Shown here: positions 22,566 through 34,862 of the stretch, in pieces
Numbering within the stretch: position 1 is the stretch's first letter
How the letters are laid out: each line of letters starts with the position of its first letter
Source: Felis catus
Lineage: Eukaryota
Assembly (NCBI RefSeq): GCF_018350175.1
Contig: NC_058368.1
Location: 166,348,001 to 166,412,000 of the forward strand
DNA length: 64,000 nucleotides
Direction of reading: 5' to 3'
Notes under the pieces: generated by a model
Database searches by the model: none
Told to the model about the DNA's origin: nothing
The model's input: the letters and a program-made list of their open reading frames with translations, nothing else
Program-made: the position numbers and the translations under genes

Positions 22566-25500
22566 CCCAAACCCACTCTTTCACTATTACACTGTACACA
22601 AAATTGGACCAATTCATTTGTGGTTTTACACCAAAAACAAATGTGGTATAGCCTATGCATTCAAGAGGTAGAAATTACATAGCAATTACGTAATTGCCGG
22701 GTGTGTATAATGAACATTTAAATACTTTTTAACTGATTCCTGGAAAGCATTATGTCTGGGTGTAATAGTTGATCAACATTATGGTATGATTGGAAGTAAA
22801 TAACCCTCCTCTTGTTTGCCTGATGTTTTTCTTTCATACCTTTCAGTCTACAAATTTAGGGTTATTTACTCCTTGAGTTTAGGGCAGCAAGTCTCAAACA
22901 TTTCTGCACTTAGCAGTCATCTAAGAAGTTTAATTTAAAAACAAGGAAACAAACAAACTATCCCTGAATCTTATCTGAAAATTATCTGAAAATTTATATT
23001 TCAGCTCAGGCTAGACATTGATTTAAAGAAGCACTGATTTAAACAATTACTTCCCACAAAACTATCTTTGATAAAGGAAATGAGTGAAGCTGGTATTGGG
23101 ACAGTCGCTGAAAATTTGTTCCAGAATTGATGGATTTTTATTGAAAAGCATAAGACCAGAAATGATTCAAGCATGGAAATTTGCCACGCAAAGTCAGGCT
23201 AGAGTGGCATTGAGTTTTGAAGGGGTACCCTTGGATGTCCAAGTTAGAGTTTAGTAGAGCAAATCAAGGAGATGGTGAATTTACAATTTAACGAAGTCAG
23301 AACTCATCTTTCCTTTTTATTCCCACATTAATCTCTTTGTTAAATGGTGAGATAGCACTTCCTAGTAATAGAACACGTTCTATATTTTGTCAAGCCTTTC
23401 TGTAAGGGCAGTGCTACTTCAGAGCGAATATGATATTCATCCTACTCTTATGTTTTAAAACTATAGGACAGCATGCATTCAGAAGCAATTTATCATGCAC
23501 ATCTGTAATAATGCTACAATTTCAAATAAGCAGCTTACATTATTGATGAAAAAAATTCTTAACTGTTAAAAAATGTCTTTGCTTTAAAAATACCTTTTAT
23601 CATGAAATTCAACCAAGATTACACTTTACTATTTTTCTTGATTCAGGGTGTTTATATTTTACAGCAGAGTAAAACAGGATAGAATAAAGATTTAACTTGA
23701 TTTTGAGTGGTGAAACAAACAAGGAACAATAACAAAAAACAAGAAGAAAAAATAATATATTGGTTGTTTAATGCCTTACACGATCAGCTTTAAATCCAAT
23801 TACATAGTAAGTAAAAAGAGAGACATTCAATATCACTCAGTGAAGATGAGTTTATCAATTCTGAGCCAAAATGGACATGAAAATGAACAACTCTAAAAAG
23901 ATAAAAGCAAAACAGATGCTATTACCGTCAAGATGGTACACTAGGTCAGGCTGCTGGCTTCTTGCCCTAGTCCAACCTTAGAGATGCCACAGAAGAAAAA
24001 ATAATTTTGAATGGATGGGAAGAATCAAAATAAAGACTGTAAGAATTCCCTAGAGAAGGAGAAGATCAAAGAACAGTAAGAAGCCTTTACCAGAGAATTA
24101 TGTAAGATCAAACTTTTGAGCCCAAGCCTGCTTTTTCCCATGCTGCTGTTGGTAGATTGCATAATAACAGGAAATAGCAGACTGAGCCCAGTACTATAGT
24201 GGTGAGTAGACAGGTAATAGCAAGGTTGTCCCAAAGCTTCTTCAGGTGAGTGAAGCAGACCCAACAGAAGCACAATTTTGGGCTGCCTTTGAGCATCCTG
24301 ATTCCTATTCCCTTTCTTAAGACCTTATACCCTCAAAGTAGTGGGCAACTGCAGAAAGGAGAAAATCTCACAGAGGAGAGATACTTTTATTCTCTCCATA
24401 ATCTGGATTTAGGATTATGACTTATAAACAAAATTTGCCTGAGATGTTAATTGTGTTATCCAACCTGACATTTTTACATCGTATATATGCTTGTCTCTTA
24501 TTTATTTTTACTGACATATTGTACTTGTTTCTGGAGGGAGACAAACCTTCATGGGCCTTTCTCATTATTTGCATGTCCTGAGAGAAGAGGAACCAACTGT
24601 CTTTATTCTACATCATCTTTCAAAAATAGAGAGTAAACATTTTGTAATATATAATGTTTTGCTCTGGGGCAAAAGGCAGGAATGCTTAAAGTTCATAATA
24701 ATTTTGAGGAGGAGCCAAGATGGCAGAACAGAATGGAAGTTTTCTGTGTGTCTTGCATCCATGAAATACAGCCAGACCAACACTAAACCATCCTACACAC
24801 CTAGAAAACTGACTGGAGATTTAACACAACAATCTGCACAACCTGAACCAGAGAATTCAGCAGGTACACGATGTGGAGAAGTGATCTTGGGGAGCAAGAA
24901 GGTGCAGAAAGGGAGGTGCTTTTGTGAGCGGAGAGAGGGCAGAGACTGGGGATGGTGAGGGGAGAGAATACGGGAAACACACCCCTCCCCAAAAGCAGGT
25001 GGAGAGAAAGTGTAAAATTGGAAACAGCTGTAGGTAATAAGCTAAAAAGGGAGAAAGGAGAGAGGAGAGGGTTTAACTTCCATTAAGACCGTAAACAAGA
25101 GGAGTGCAGCCTGCAACTCCATAGCTCCATACCTGGTGGTGCTCTGGTGGGAAGGACAAATCCCCAGGAACAGAGTGGGGTCCGGGAGGTTCTCCAGCCA
25201 CACTGGGAAAAGTGGTTCCACTGCTGGAAGGACATTTGGTAGAGACTGTTGAAGCCACCTGGTCCCAGGAGACCCTGGAGAACAGCCATATTCCCTGGTG
25301 CTGGAACAAGGTCGTTAAGGGTGAAGCCTGGTGCCAGATGTGTGTTGTGATTTTACATAATCCCTGAAATGCTGCTGCTATACTATCTCACGAACTTTTT
25401 CTGGGGTGGGCTGGTACCTGGCTGTAGTCTCGGGCACCGGCAGCAGCAGGGTCCAGCAAACATTCCTGGGTGCAGCCAACATTTGGCCATTGCTTGGTGA

Positions 25501-26017
25501 GACCCTCCCATAGAGGGGCAGAACAGGTCAAAGCTGCAGTCCTTCAGAAGTAAGGGGCCAGGGAAAACAGCCGCATCTGAGACAAAACTCGGGAGAGAGG
25601 TACTGCCTGGGGCCTGGTCACGGATAGTGGAAAAGCAGGGAGTGGACAAAGCTGAAGACAGAGGTCTGGTGCATGATTGCTGATCCGGAAGGACAGCCTG
25701 GGTAGCTGGGTGGCGCCATTTTCACTGCTCCTGCGCATGCACATTGGCACCTACAAATGCCCCAACAATCCACCCCAGTAGGCTAGCAGCGCCATCTAGT
25801 GGAGAACAGAGCCATTACGCTGAGCCCCGCCCAACTGGGCCAACCTAGCTCTTCAAGAACACAAGTCTCACTGCCTGCTTAGTTTATGGACTATAAAGCG
25901 CTTCATAGTCTGACTTCTAGGGGAAAATGAAGTAATTTTAGCCCTATTTCAATCTGATAGCAGGTCCATCTATTCAATTTTCTTTTCTGTTTTCTTTCTC
26001 TTTTACACTTCTTTTTC

Positions 26018-26670
26018 TTGAATACAGAAAGAGAAAAAACTCATTTTTATTTTCAATTTTTATTAAAAATATTTTTCCTTAATTTTTATTACTATATTTT
26101 TTTACTTTTGTGTAAATTGTTTCAAAGTCTACTTCCATTATTTTATATTAGTCTACTTCAGTATATTCACCTTTCCAAATTTTCAAACAATTACCCTTTT
26201 GTTGCTTTTTTCTTTTTCTTTCTTTTTCTTTTTTTCCTCTTTTTCTTTTCTTTTTGTTGAATGCAGAGAGACAAAAACTTCATTGTTTCTTTCAATTTCT
26301 ATTAAAAATATTTTTGTGTAATTTTTTTACTATTTTGCTTTTCTGTAATTTTTTTCAAATTCTATTTACTTCCATCATTTTATTTTAGTCTACTACAGTG
26401 TATTCACTTTTTCAAATTTTGAAGCAATTTCCTTTTTTCTTTTTTTATCTTTTTCTCTTTTTTGTTTGTTTTCTTTTTCTTGAATGCAGAAAAAGAAAAG
26501 AATCAAATTTATTTTTAATTTTTATTAATTTTCTTTATTTATTCTACTTTATTCTTTACTTTTATGTATATTTTTTCAAATTATATTTTACTCCCATCGT
26601 CTCATTTTAGTCTACTTCAGTGTATTAATTTTTTCAAATTCTCAAATGATTTTCTTTCCCCCCTGCCTTT
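26018..26670 (+). repeat. Three tandem ~190-240 bp AT-rich units in the L1 5'UTR
   Basis: Units start ttgaat(a/g)caga at 26018, 26257 and 26480; each contains tagtctact...caaatt. Confidence 0.85.
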
Positions 26671-26746
26671 TTTAAATCTAATCTGTCAAACCACTTTCAA
26701 CACCCAGACCAAAACACACCTAGGATCTAGCATCACTTATTCGATT

Positions 26747-26781
<35 letters not shown>

Positions 26782-26862
26782 AATTTTTTAATTTTGATAT
26801 TTTTTAATTTTAATTTTTAATATTAATTTTTCTACCTCACTTATTCCTTTTCTCACTTCAAA

Positions 26863-27740
26863 ATGACAAAATGAAGGAATTCACCCTAAAAGAAAGAGTA
26901 CGAAGAAACGACAGCCAAGGATTTAAGCAACATAGATACAAGCAAGATGTCTGAACCAGATTTTAGAATCACAATAATAAGAATACTGGCTGGAGTCAGA
27001 AACAGATTAGAACCCCTTTCTGCAGGGATAAAAGAAGTAAAAAATAGAATGAAATAAAAAATGCTATAACCGAGCTGCAATCACGGATGGATGCTGCGGA
27101 GGCAAGGATGGATAAGGCAGAACAGAGAATCAGTGATATAGAGGACAAATTTATAGAGAAGAACGAAGCAGGAAGAAAGAGGGAGATTAAGGCAAAAGAG
27201 CACAATTTAAGAATTAGAGAAATCAGTGACTCATTAGAAAAGAACAACATCAGAATCATAGGCGTCCCAGAAGAGGAAGAGAGAGAAATAGGGGTAGAAG
27301 GTTATGTGAACAAATCATGGCGGAAAACTTTCCAAACCTGGGGAAAGACACAGACATCAAAATCCAGGAAGCACAGAGGACCCTGCATTAGATTCAACAA
27401 AAACCAACCATCAACAAGGCATATCATAGTCAAATTCACAAAATACTCAGACAAGGAAAGAATCATGAAAGCAGCAAGGGAAAAAAAGTCCCTAACCTAC
27501 AAGGGAAGAGAGATCATGTTTGCAGCAGTCCTATCCACAGAAACTTGGCAGGCCAGAAAGAAGTGGCAGGATATATTAAATGTGCTGAATCAGACAAATA
27601 TGCAGCCAAGAATTCTTTATCCAACAAAGCAGTCATTCAAAATAGAAGGAGAGGTAAAACGTTTCCCAGACAAACAAAAATTAAAGGAGTTTGTGACCAC
27701 TAAACCAGCCCTGCAAGAAATTTTAAGGGGGACTTTCTGA
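26863..27740 (+). pseudogene. L1 ORF1p, disrupted
   Basis: ATG at 26863 with an early TGA and frameshifts; NNIRIIGVPEEEER, RHIIVKF, KLKEFVTTKPALQEILRGTF*. Confidence 0.93.
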
Positions 27741-28652
27741 GGGGAGAAAAGATGAAAATAAATAAATAAATAAATAAATACCAAAAGCAACAAAGATTAG
27801 AAAGGACCAGAGACCACCACCAGAAACTCTAACTCTACAAGCATCATAATGGCAAGAAATTCATAGCTTTCAGTGCTCACTCTAAATATCAATGGACTCA
27901 ATGCTCCAGTTAAAAGACATAGGGTAACAGAATGGATAAGAAAACAAGATCCATCTATATGCTGTTTACAAGAGACCCACTTTAGACCAAAGATGCCTTG
28001 AGATTGAAAATGAGGGGATGGAGCATCGATCATGCTAATGGTCAACAAAAGAAAGCCGATGTAGCCATACTTAGGTCAGACAATCTATACTTTAAAATAA
28101 AGACTGTCACAAGAGATGAGGAAGGGCATTATATCATAATTAAGGGGTCTATCCACCAAGAAGACCCAACAATTGTGAACATTTATGCGCCAAATGTGGG
28201 AAAACCCAAATATATAAATCAATTAATCACAAACATAAACTCATGGATAGTAATACCATAATAGTAGGTGACTTCAACATCCCACAGCAATGGACACAAT
28301 GTCACAGTAATGTACAGATCATCTAATCAAAAAATCAACAATCAAACAATGGCTTTGAATGACACACTGGACCAGATGGACTTAACAGATATATTCAGAA
28401 CATTTCACCCTAAAGCAGCAGAATATACATTCTTCTCCAGTGCACATGGAACGTTCTCCAGAATAGACCATATACTGGGACACAAACCAGCCCTAGGTAA
28501 GTACAAAAAGATCAATAACATACCATGCACATTTTCAGACCACAACGCTATGAACTCGAAATCAACCACAAGAAAAAATTTGGAAAGGTAACAAATACTT
28601 GGAGAATGATAACATCCTACTAAAGAATGAATGGGCTATCCAAACAGTTCAT

Positions 28653-28860
28653 TTTTTTTAACGTTTATTTATTTTTGAGACAGAGAGAGACAGAGCATGA
28701 ACAGGGGAGGAGAAGAGAGAGAGGGAGACAGAATCTGAAACAGGCTCCAGGCTCTGAGCGGTCAGCACAGAGCCTGACGCGGGGCTCGAACTCACGTACC
28801 GTGAGATTATGACCTGAGCCGAAGTCGGACGCTTAACTGACCGAGCCACCCAGGCGCCCC
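28653..28860 (-). mobile_element. Young felid SINEC without a recognisable TSD
   Basis: CpG-rich ...gccgaagtcggacgcttaactgaccgagccacccaggcgcccc; flanks ccaaacagttca and atataacttca differ. Confidence 0.96.
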
Positions 28861-29164
28861 ATATAACTTCAAAGAGAAACTGTAATTTAATTTTAAAGCA
28901 AAAATTTCCAATATTTATATACTTTAATAATTTAAAGAAAAATATTAAATATCTTCTGCAACTCACAAAACATGTCTATTCATCAGATGCTGGTGGAGGC
29001 TAAAAGTTTTTACATTGTCCTCTAGGTTTTTTCACATCTTACCTAATTCTGAAGAAGCAAAGACAGACACCCGGATTCATGACATATGACAATTTTGGGC
29101 CAAAAGGGAGTGGAAAAAAACAAGGAAGATTCTATTATTGTAACCTAGATGTAGAAATTAGATA

Positions 29165-29390
29165 GTAAGAATGCTTCAGATTGCAGGCTTTAAAATTACA
29201 CAGCTTTATTTGAGTCTTTGCTTCAACATTTCTAAGTTGTGTTGCTTTTGGCGAGTTATTTATTTAAATTTTCTGCTGGTATCAACAGCAAAATGAGGTG
29301 AATAATTTCTGCAGTGTAGAAATGCTAGATGGATTAAATGAGATAATACAATAAAGATATTACCACAGTGTCCAGCATGGAATAAACTGA
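29165..29390 (+). mobile_element. MIR
   Basis: ttgtgttgcttttggcgagttattt...aaaatgagg...ggattaaatgagataatac...acagtgtccagcatgg. Confidence 0.75.
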
Positions 29391-29417
29391 TAGAATTGCC
29401 ATTTGCTCCATCTAATG

Positions 29418-29835
29418 CAATGATTCCCTAAATTTTCTGCACATTAGAATCAGGGTGCTATTTGAGAATTAATAATCTCTGAGCCCTTTTCCCAAACAAT
29501 TACATTAGACTCTTCATGGGGGGAACATGGTCTTGGGTACTTACAAATATAGGAGTTTCTCTGGGCTTCTAGGTGGCTCAATTGGTTAAGTGTCCAACTT
29601 CAGCTCTGGTCATGATCTCTCAGTTCGTGAGTTAATGAGTTAATGAGTTCATGAGTTTGGGCCTTTGCATCAGGCTGTACACTGACAGTGCAGAGCCTGC
29701 TTAGGATTCTCTCTCTCTCCCACTCTCTCTCTACCCCTCTCTGCCTTGTGTTTTCTCTCTCTCCCTCCAAATAAAAAAATAAACTTTAAAAAAAATCTAG
29801 GATTTTCTAATGTGCAGTTGATTTAACTACTACTT
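29418..29835. mobile_element. hAT-Charlie MITE (MER5-like), split by a SINE
   Basis: ctgcacattagaatca near the left end and ttctaatgtgcag near the right end are inverted copies. Confidence 0.7.
29561..29792 (+). mobile_element. SINEC
   Basis: ggtggctcaattggttaag head; TSD aaat(a/c)tagga(g/t)tttct at 29545-29560 and 29793-29808; tandem tgagttaa expansion in the B-box region. Confidence 0.93.
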
Positions 29836-29898
29836 TCTAATGGAATGGAACATAGGTGTATACAGTTGACTTATGACTGGAAAAGAAGGCAATTTACC

Positions 29899-30540
29899 AC
29901 TAAGATATCACTTTAACCAATCAGAATGACGAGTATGAAAAAGACAAGAAATGACAAGTGTTTGTGATAATGTGGAGAAAAAGGAACCCTTGTGCACTGT
30001 TGGTGGGAATGTAAATTGGCGCTATGGAAAACATAGTAACTATGGAAAACATAGATTTTTTAAAAGATTAAAAATAGAAATACCACACTATCCAGTTATT
30101 TCATTGCTGGGTATTTATCCAAAAAAAATGGATTTGAAAGGATATATATACCCCTATATTTATTGTAGCATTATTTACTACAGTTAAAATACGGAAACAG
30201 CTCAAATGTCTGTCAGTAGATGAATGGATAAAGAAGATGTGAGATAGATGATAGATAGATATATAGATAGATAACTAATGGAATATTACTCAGCCATAAA
30301 ATATAATGAAATCCTGTCATTTGCAACAATATGGATGGATCTGGGGATATTATGCTAGGTAAAATAACGGACAAAGACAAATTCTATATGATTTCACTTA
30401 TATGTGGAATCTAAAAAAGCCAAACAAATGAGCAAAAAACCAGAAACAGACTCATAAATATCAAGAACAAATTGGAGGCTTACAGAAGAAAGTGGAGTGG
30501 GGGGGTGGGTGAAATAGGGGGAGAAGAGTAAAATAAAAAG
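29899..30540 (+). mobile_element. 5'-truncated older carnivore L1 3' end
   Basis: ORF2 C-terminal DNA gtggagaaaaaggaacccttgtgcactgttggtgggaatgtaaattgg, gatgaatggataaagaagatgtg, then 3'UTR. Confidence 0.92.
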
Positions 30541-31089
30541 AGACTTTTCTGAGCCTTTGGTTGCCTTGGTTGTTTCTACATTGATCTTTTAAAATTCCAT
30601 GCAAAAGAGGCAATTATCTTTTATTTAATTTTTATGAGACTCTTTTAAGTGAAAAGCTTTTTTAAAATTTCTTTCTATAGCTCAGATACTTTCCTAATTC
30701 ATACATAAGACTTTCTCATTTGTTTTTTAGATTGGCAATCACAGAGCTATAGAATTATAGAATTACTATTAATATTTCTGAGTCTTTATAGAAAATGCTG
30801 TGCATGGGTAAATATTTCTCATCTATCCTCAAGACTGTTTCTGAACATTATATAAGTAGATTTTTTTTTGTTTTTCTCAGGTTGAACTTGTGCTTTGATT
30901 ATTCTTTATCAGTCAGTTTTTTAGGTGGCCCTTCATATTTCCTCTAAGTTCACTGCAAAACTTACACAGTTAATTATTCTTCCAAACAACTCAGAGGTAA
31001 AATTTTACCCACAGGCAGATTTGTTTAAATATGCAAATTTCCTTCAAATAAGGAACTAGAAAAATTGTGAGAAATTCTAAAAAAAAAAA

Positions 31090-31697
31090 TTATTTGTACA
31101 AAGAGCACAGGACACCAGCCCCATGCTGACAGAAGCCCAGGTGTCACACCAGTCCTTCCATCCTCACATTGGCAAACAGAAACCTCTACACTGGAGCCTT
31201 TCTTGGAGACGGGGCACCTTTGGAAGACTGAGCCACAGCAGGAGCTGGAGCCAGAGTCACAGCTGCAGCCTGGGCCTTTGTTTGCCTTGGTCTTGGATTT
31301 TGGCTGGCAGAACCTGAGACCCTTGGCAATGTGGGCATGAGCGTGTTTCCTGAGCTGAGAGTAAGCAATGTGGGCAAGTCAATTGAGCTTGAGGCTACTG
31401 CCCTTTGGGATCTTGGGCTTGACCTCCTTGGGCTTGATGAGGACGTTGATAGCCTCAGCATGTGCACTAATGGCCTTGGCGTTGTTGGCCTGCATCTTCT
31501 TATGGCCCTTTTTGTTGTGCTTCTAGGCAAAGTACCTATTCCTCAGGAACTTCAGGTCTAAGTTAAGACCCCAAAAGATTCATATCTTTGCGACTGGGTT
31601 TCTTGATGCCATTTCTGTGCCATTTTCGTGACTGTGTGTGGTGTGGTCCTTGGACTTGGCTGTGTCTGCACCAAAGCCCACAGCTCTCAAAGTGCCT
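31090..31697 (-). pseudogene. RPL29: Processed pseudogene of 60S ribosomal protein L29
   Basis: Minus strand gives [72 protein letters not shown] (stop 31186); start ATG changed to ACA at 31661-31663; frameshifts; no introns; 5'UTR and 3'UTR included. Confidence 0.95.
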
Positions 31698-32571
31698 TCT
31701 TCTTTTTTTTTTTAAATGTATTGAAGCTGTTTTCTTTGCATTGGAGATCTGAATCACAGTTTACAACATCATTAACCTGATAATGCTTTATAATTACTCA
31801 TTATCAATGAGGACTCCATGGAACCCTCAATAATAAATTCTATTTGAGAGGTTTAAAGAAATTAAAACAGATTGAAAATCAAATTTCAAGAGCTCTTAGA
31901 ATTATGGGAAAGAAGTACATAGTTAAAGAACACTGTGCTAGGAGTAGCTAGCTTTTCCAGACTCCATCAATACCAGTTAGATACAGATCACTAGAGCACA
32001 CACAGAAGAAGACAGTGGCGCTGTGAGTGGACGTGGACACTTTACAATCAAACTTCTCTTGCCATGTTTTTTCTTATATTACCAAAAGCTATGATTGAAC
32101 AACTGGTATTTTTAAAAAGATTTTTCCTCTTCCTTGGGTTCAAAACCATTAAAATTGCTGACCATAATTTCTTAAGCACTAATTAGAGGGCAACTGACGA
32201 AAATCTAGGCAGAGCATGGACATAAGCAATGAATCATGTTAACCACAAACCCCAAAATGCTAAGTCTTTGATGAAATTCCCAGATAAAGATAATTAGCAA
32301 CATTTCCCTTTGTTTGACTTTTCTTTTGCTTCAGAAGAGAACTTATTTTCATATCACGTGCTTTCTTTGGGGAGAACAATCTGGAATTTCTTAGCATATT
32401 TTGTGGTATTTATTTTTCTCTTGATGTATTTCATTCACTGAATTCAAAACCTACAGCATTTTCATCTTATTTGCAGGGCTCCACAATGTGAGATCTCAAA
32501 GTACCAAAAGCTATTTAGCTCAGGTTATGTCAACATAGATTGGGTTTGTTGTATCTGGATGCTGGTGCTGG

Positions 32572-32613
32572 AAAACAAAACAAAACAAAACAAAACAAAA
32601 AACAAAACAAAAC
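32572..32613 (+). repeat. (CAAAA)n
   Basis: Tandem pentamer. Confidence 0.95.
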
Positions 32614-33639
32614 ACCTTGTTCTTCACTTGATTCTGGCTCCTTACTTCCATAAGCTGCTGGCCGTTTCCCCTTCGTTACTTATTTATTCAGCCTAACTGC
32701 CAACACTTTTGACCCATTGTTGAGCTTTGATATGTCAACTCTGCTAGATTCTCTAGACTTTCCTTTTATACCCAGAGCTATAAGCATTTATTAACTGTGA
32801 TCTTAGTAGCAAAATTAGGTCTATATTCAACTATGACCTGATTCCTATTCCCTAGCTTTGAATAGAAGAACTAATCTAGCTCACTTTTTTTGTGTATGTG
32901 TATATCTATCCAACTCTTCTCATGGAGAGTAAGATAAAGATTCATGGTAAGTTAAATTCTATTAACTACTTTCAGAATCTACTATTCCAACCTTCTTCAT
33001 ACACATATGTAAAAAAATTAGTAATGTCATGCTGTCAGAAAAGAGAATATTTGCGTTGAAGAGTGAAAAATGTTTCTCTGACTCTTACCTGTGGAATTGG
33101 AGAACAGATTTGAACTCAATGTACTGATATTTTGTCTTCATAAACACTGAAGCTGAATGAGAACAATGTAGTCTGCTTCTCTAAATTCTTCTTGAACCCT
33201 TTATGTGTGTGGGTGATGTAAATCTTCCTCAATCACTAATGATCCCATTATTCTCTGTTCACCTATTCTCTGTTCAGTTATTGTCAATGATTCTCATTGA
33301 CTCTCAGGGAGAGCCGTTTCTCTTCAGTTGATTCAAAGATCTTTAGTGCTACTTCCAAGTATTTCTCTTTACACTCACCAAATGGCAATGACTCTTCAAG
33401 TCTTCTGTATACACCCTATTCTCCAGACTCTTCTCTCTACCCCACATAATCTTGTATTTACCCAAAATGTTCTTTAAGCCTGTTTAGGAGCAAGTTTATT
33501 ACATTTATATTATTTTATTTTACATAGAATTGCATTCTAAAAGACATCACTTTTGGAAGAGTTTTAGTCTCTGTTCTCATTTAGTATTAATTACATGTAT
33601 CAGAGATTTTTCATAGTGTGTGATCTCTTTCATTCAGAT

Positions 33640-33654
33640 ACATACACATATGTA

Positions 33655-33696
<42 letters not shown>
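33640..33696. repeat. (TA)n microsatellite
   Basis: Perfect TA run at ~33663-33696. Confidence 0.95.
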
Positions 33697-33698
<2 letters not shown>

Positions 33699-34654
33699 CA
33701 GGGTTGATAATCAAAATAATTCAGTGACTAGAAAGGCATAAGCATAGAGTAAACAAATTAACAAAACCAATCAGTAGTAATAAGGCCTATTATATTACAC
33801 TGGAACATGCTGGCTGAACATTAAATATGTGCGTGTCTGTGTGTGTCTATGCGTCTAATAATTTACAGATATGATTGGCAGAAATGATGACAGGTTTGCA
33901 TTTTGGAGAGAGATATCTTTCTTTATAGAAAGTTTAATCTCCCTTTCAAGTTACAGTGATTCTCTGTAAGTTCTTAGATGCTAACTCTAAGTTGTCACCA
34001 ATTTATTTTCATTTAGCTAACAAAATGAACCTTGGACTCCCTAACTAATATCTTGTCCTTGAGAGAAATATCATTTGGCCTAGGGGTAACACAATTAATC
34101 TATATTGAAGTAAAGATCATTTATTTTTTTAATAGACTGCAGACATGAAACCTCTTTTTAAAAGACATCTTTTATGTTTGTTAGCTTGTTCAGCTGTTTA
34201 ACTTTTAAAAAGATTGTGAAAATACAATTTCTTGAATTGCATGAAAAGTTAAAGTTATCACCTATTTAAACATACCAATGATATTCCCTACCTGGTATGC
34301 TTACAATGTTATAAAATATTGTTCTCAGTTCATTGAACTACTATTATAAGTTTTTACAAAATTTAGTTAAGCATTACAGTGATAGATCATTGATACATAA
34401 GGATGTAATTCAAAGTAAGTAACTGCAAATTTCATAAGGCAAACTTTGATTGTAATGTGAATTATGTAATTTTATTAGATAATTATACTTCAAAAATTGA
34501 AGCAAAAGTAAACAGATTTAGCTTCTGTCAGATTTAAAGCTATTAGCATTCTTTTCAGTATCCCTCTAGTGTTATTAACATCATATGACAAGTCTCTGAT
34601 AAAACAATATGTAGGTGGATTTTTTCCTCTGGCTTATACCTAGGTATAAATGTT

Positions 34655-34862
34655 AATTTTTTTAATGTTTTATTTTTGAGACAGAGAGAGACAGAGCATG
34701 AGCAGGGGAGGGGCAGAGAGAGAGGGAGACACAGAATCTGAAGCAGGCTCCAGTCTCTGAACTGTCAGCACAGAGCCCGAGGCGGGGCTTGAACTCACAA
34801 ACCGCGAGATCATGACCTGAGCCAAAGTTGGACGCTTAAGGACTGAGCCACCCAGGCGCCCC
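34655..34862 (-). mobile_element. Felid SINEC
   Basis: ...gactgagccacccaggcgcccc; diverged TSD cta(g/a)gtataaat(g/a)tt. Confidence 0.96.

Larger units (their letters stand above)
24706..28651 (+). mobile_element. 5'-intact, 3'-truncated L1 of the same subfamily as 11441-14825
   Basis: gaggaggagccaagatggc start; 5'UTR colinear with the 11441 copy; ORF1 26863-27740; ORF2 endonuclease from 27849 to ..aagaatgaatgggct, ending at a SINE. Confidence 0.95.

Noticed and set aside
29899..30540. Possible missing 3' end of the L1 at 24706
   Set aside because: Separated by MIR/MER5-containing DNA; its 3'UTR differs from that of the sister element (14580-14825) and looks older
33085..33155. Possible minus-strand exon with strong donor CAG|GTAAGA (one open frame SVFMKTKYQYIEFKSVLQFH)
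   Set aside because: No recognisable peptide and no partner exons; such sites are expected by chance in 64 kb. RNA-seq would be needed
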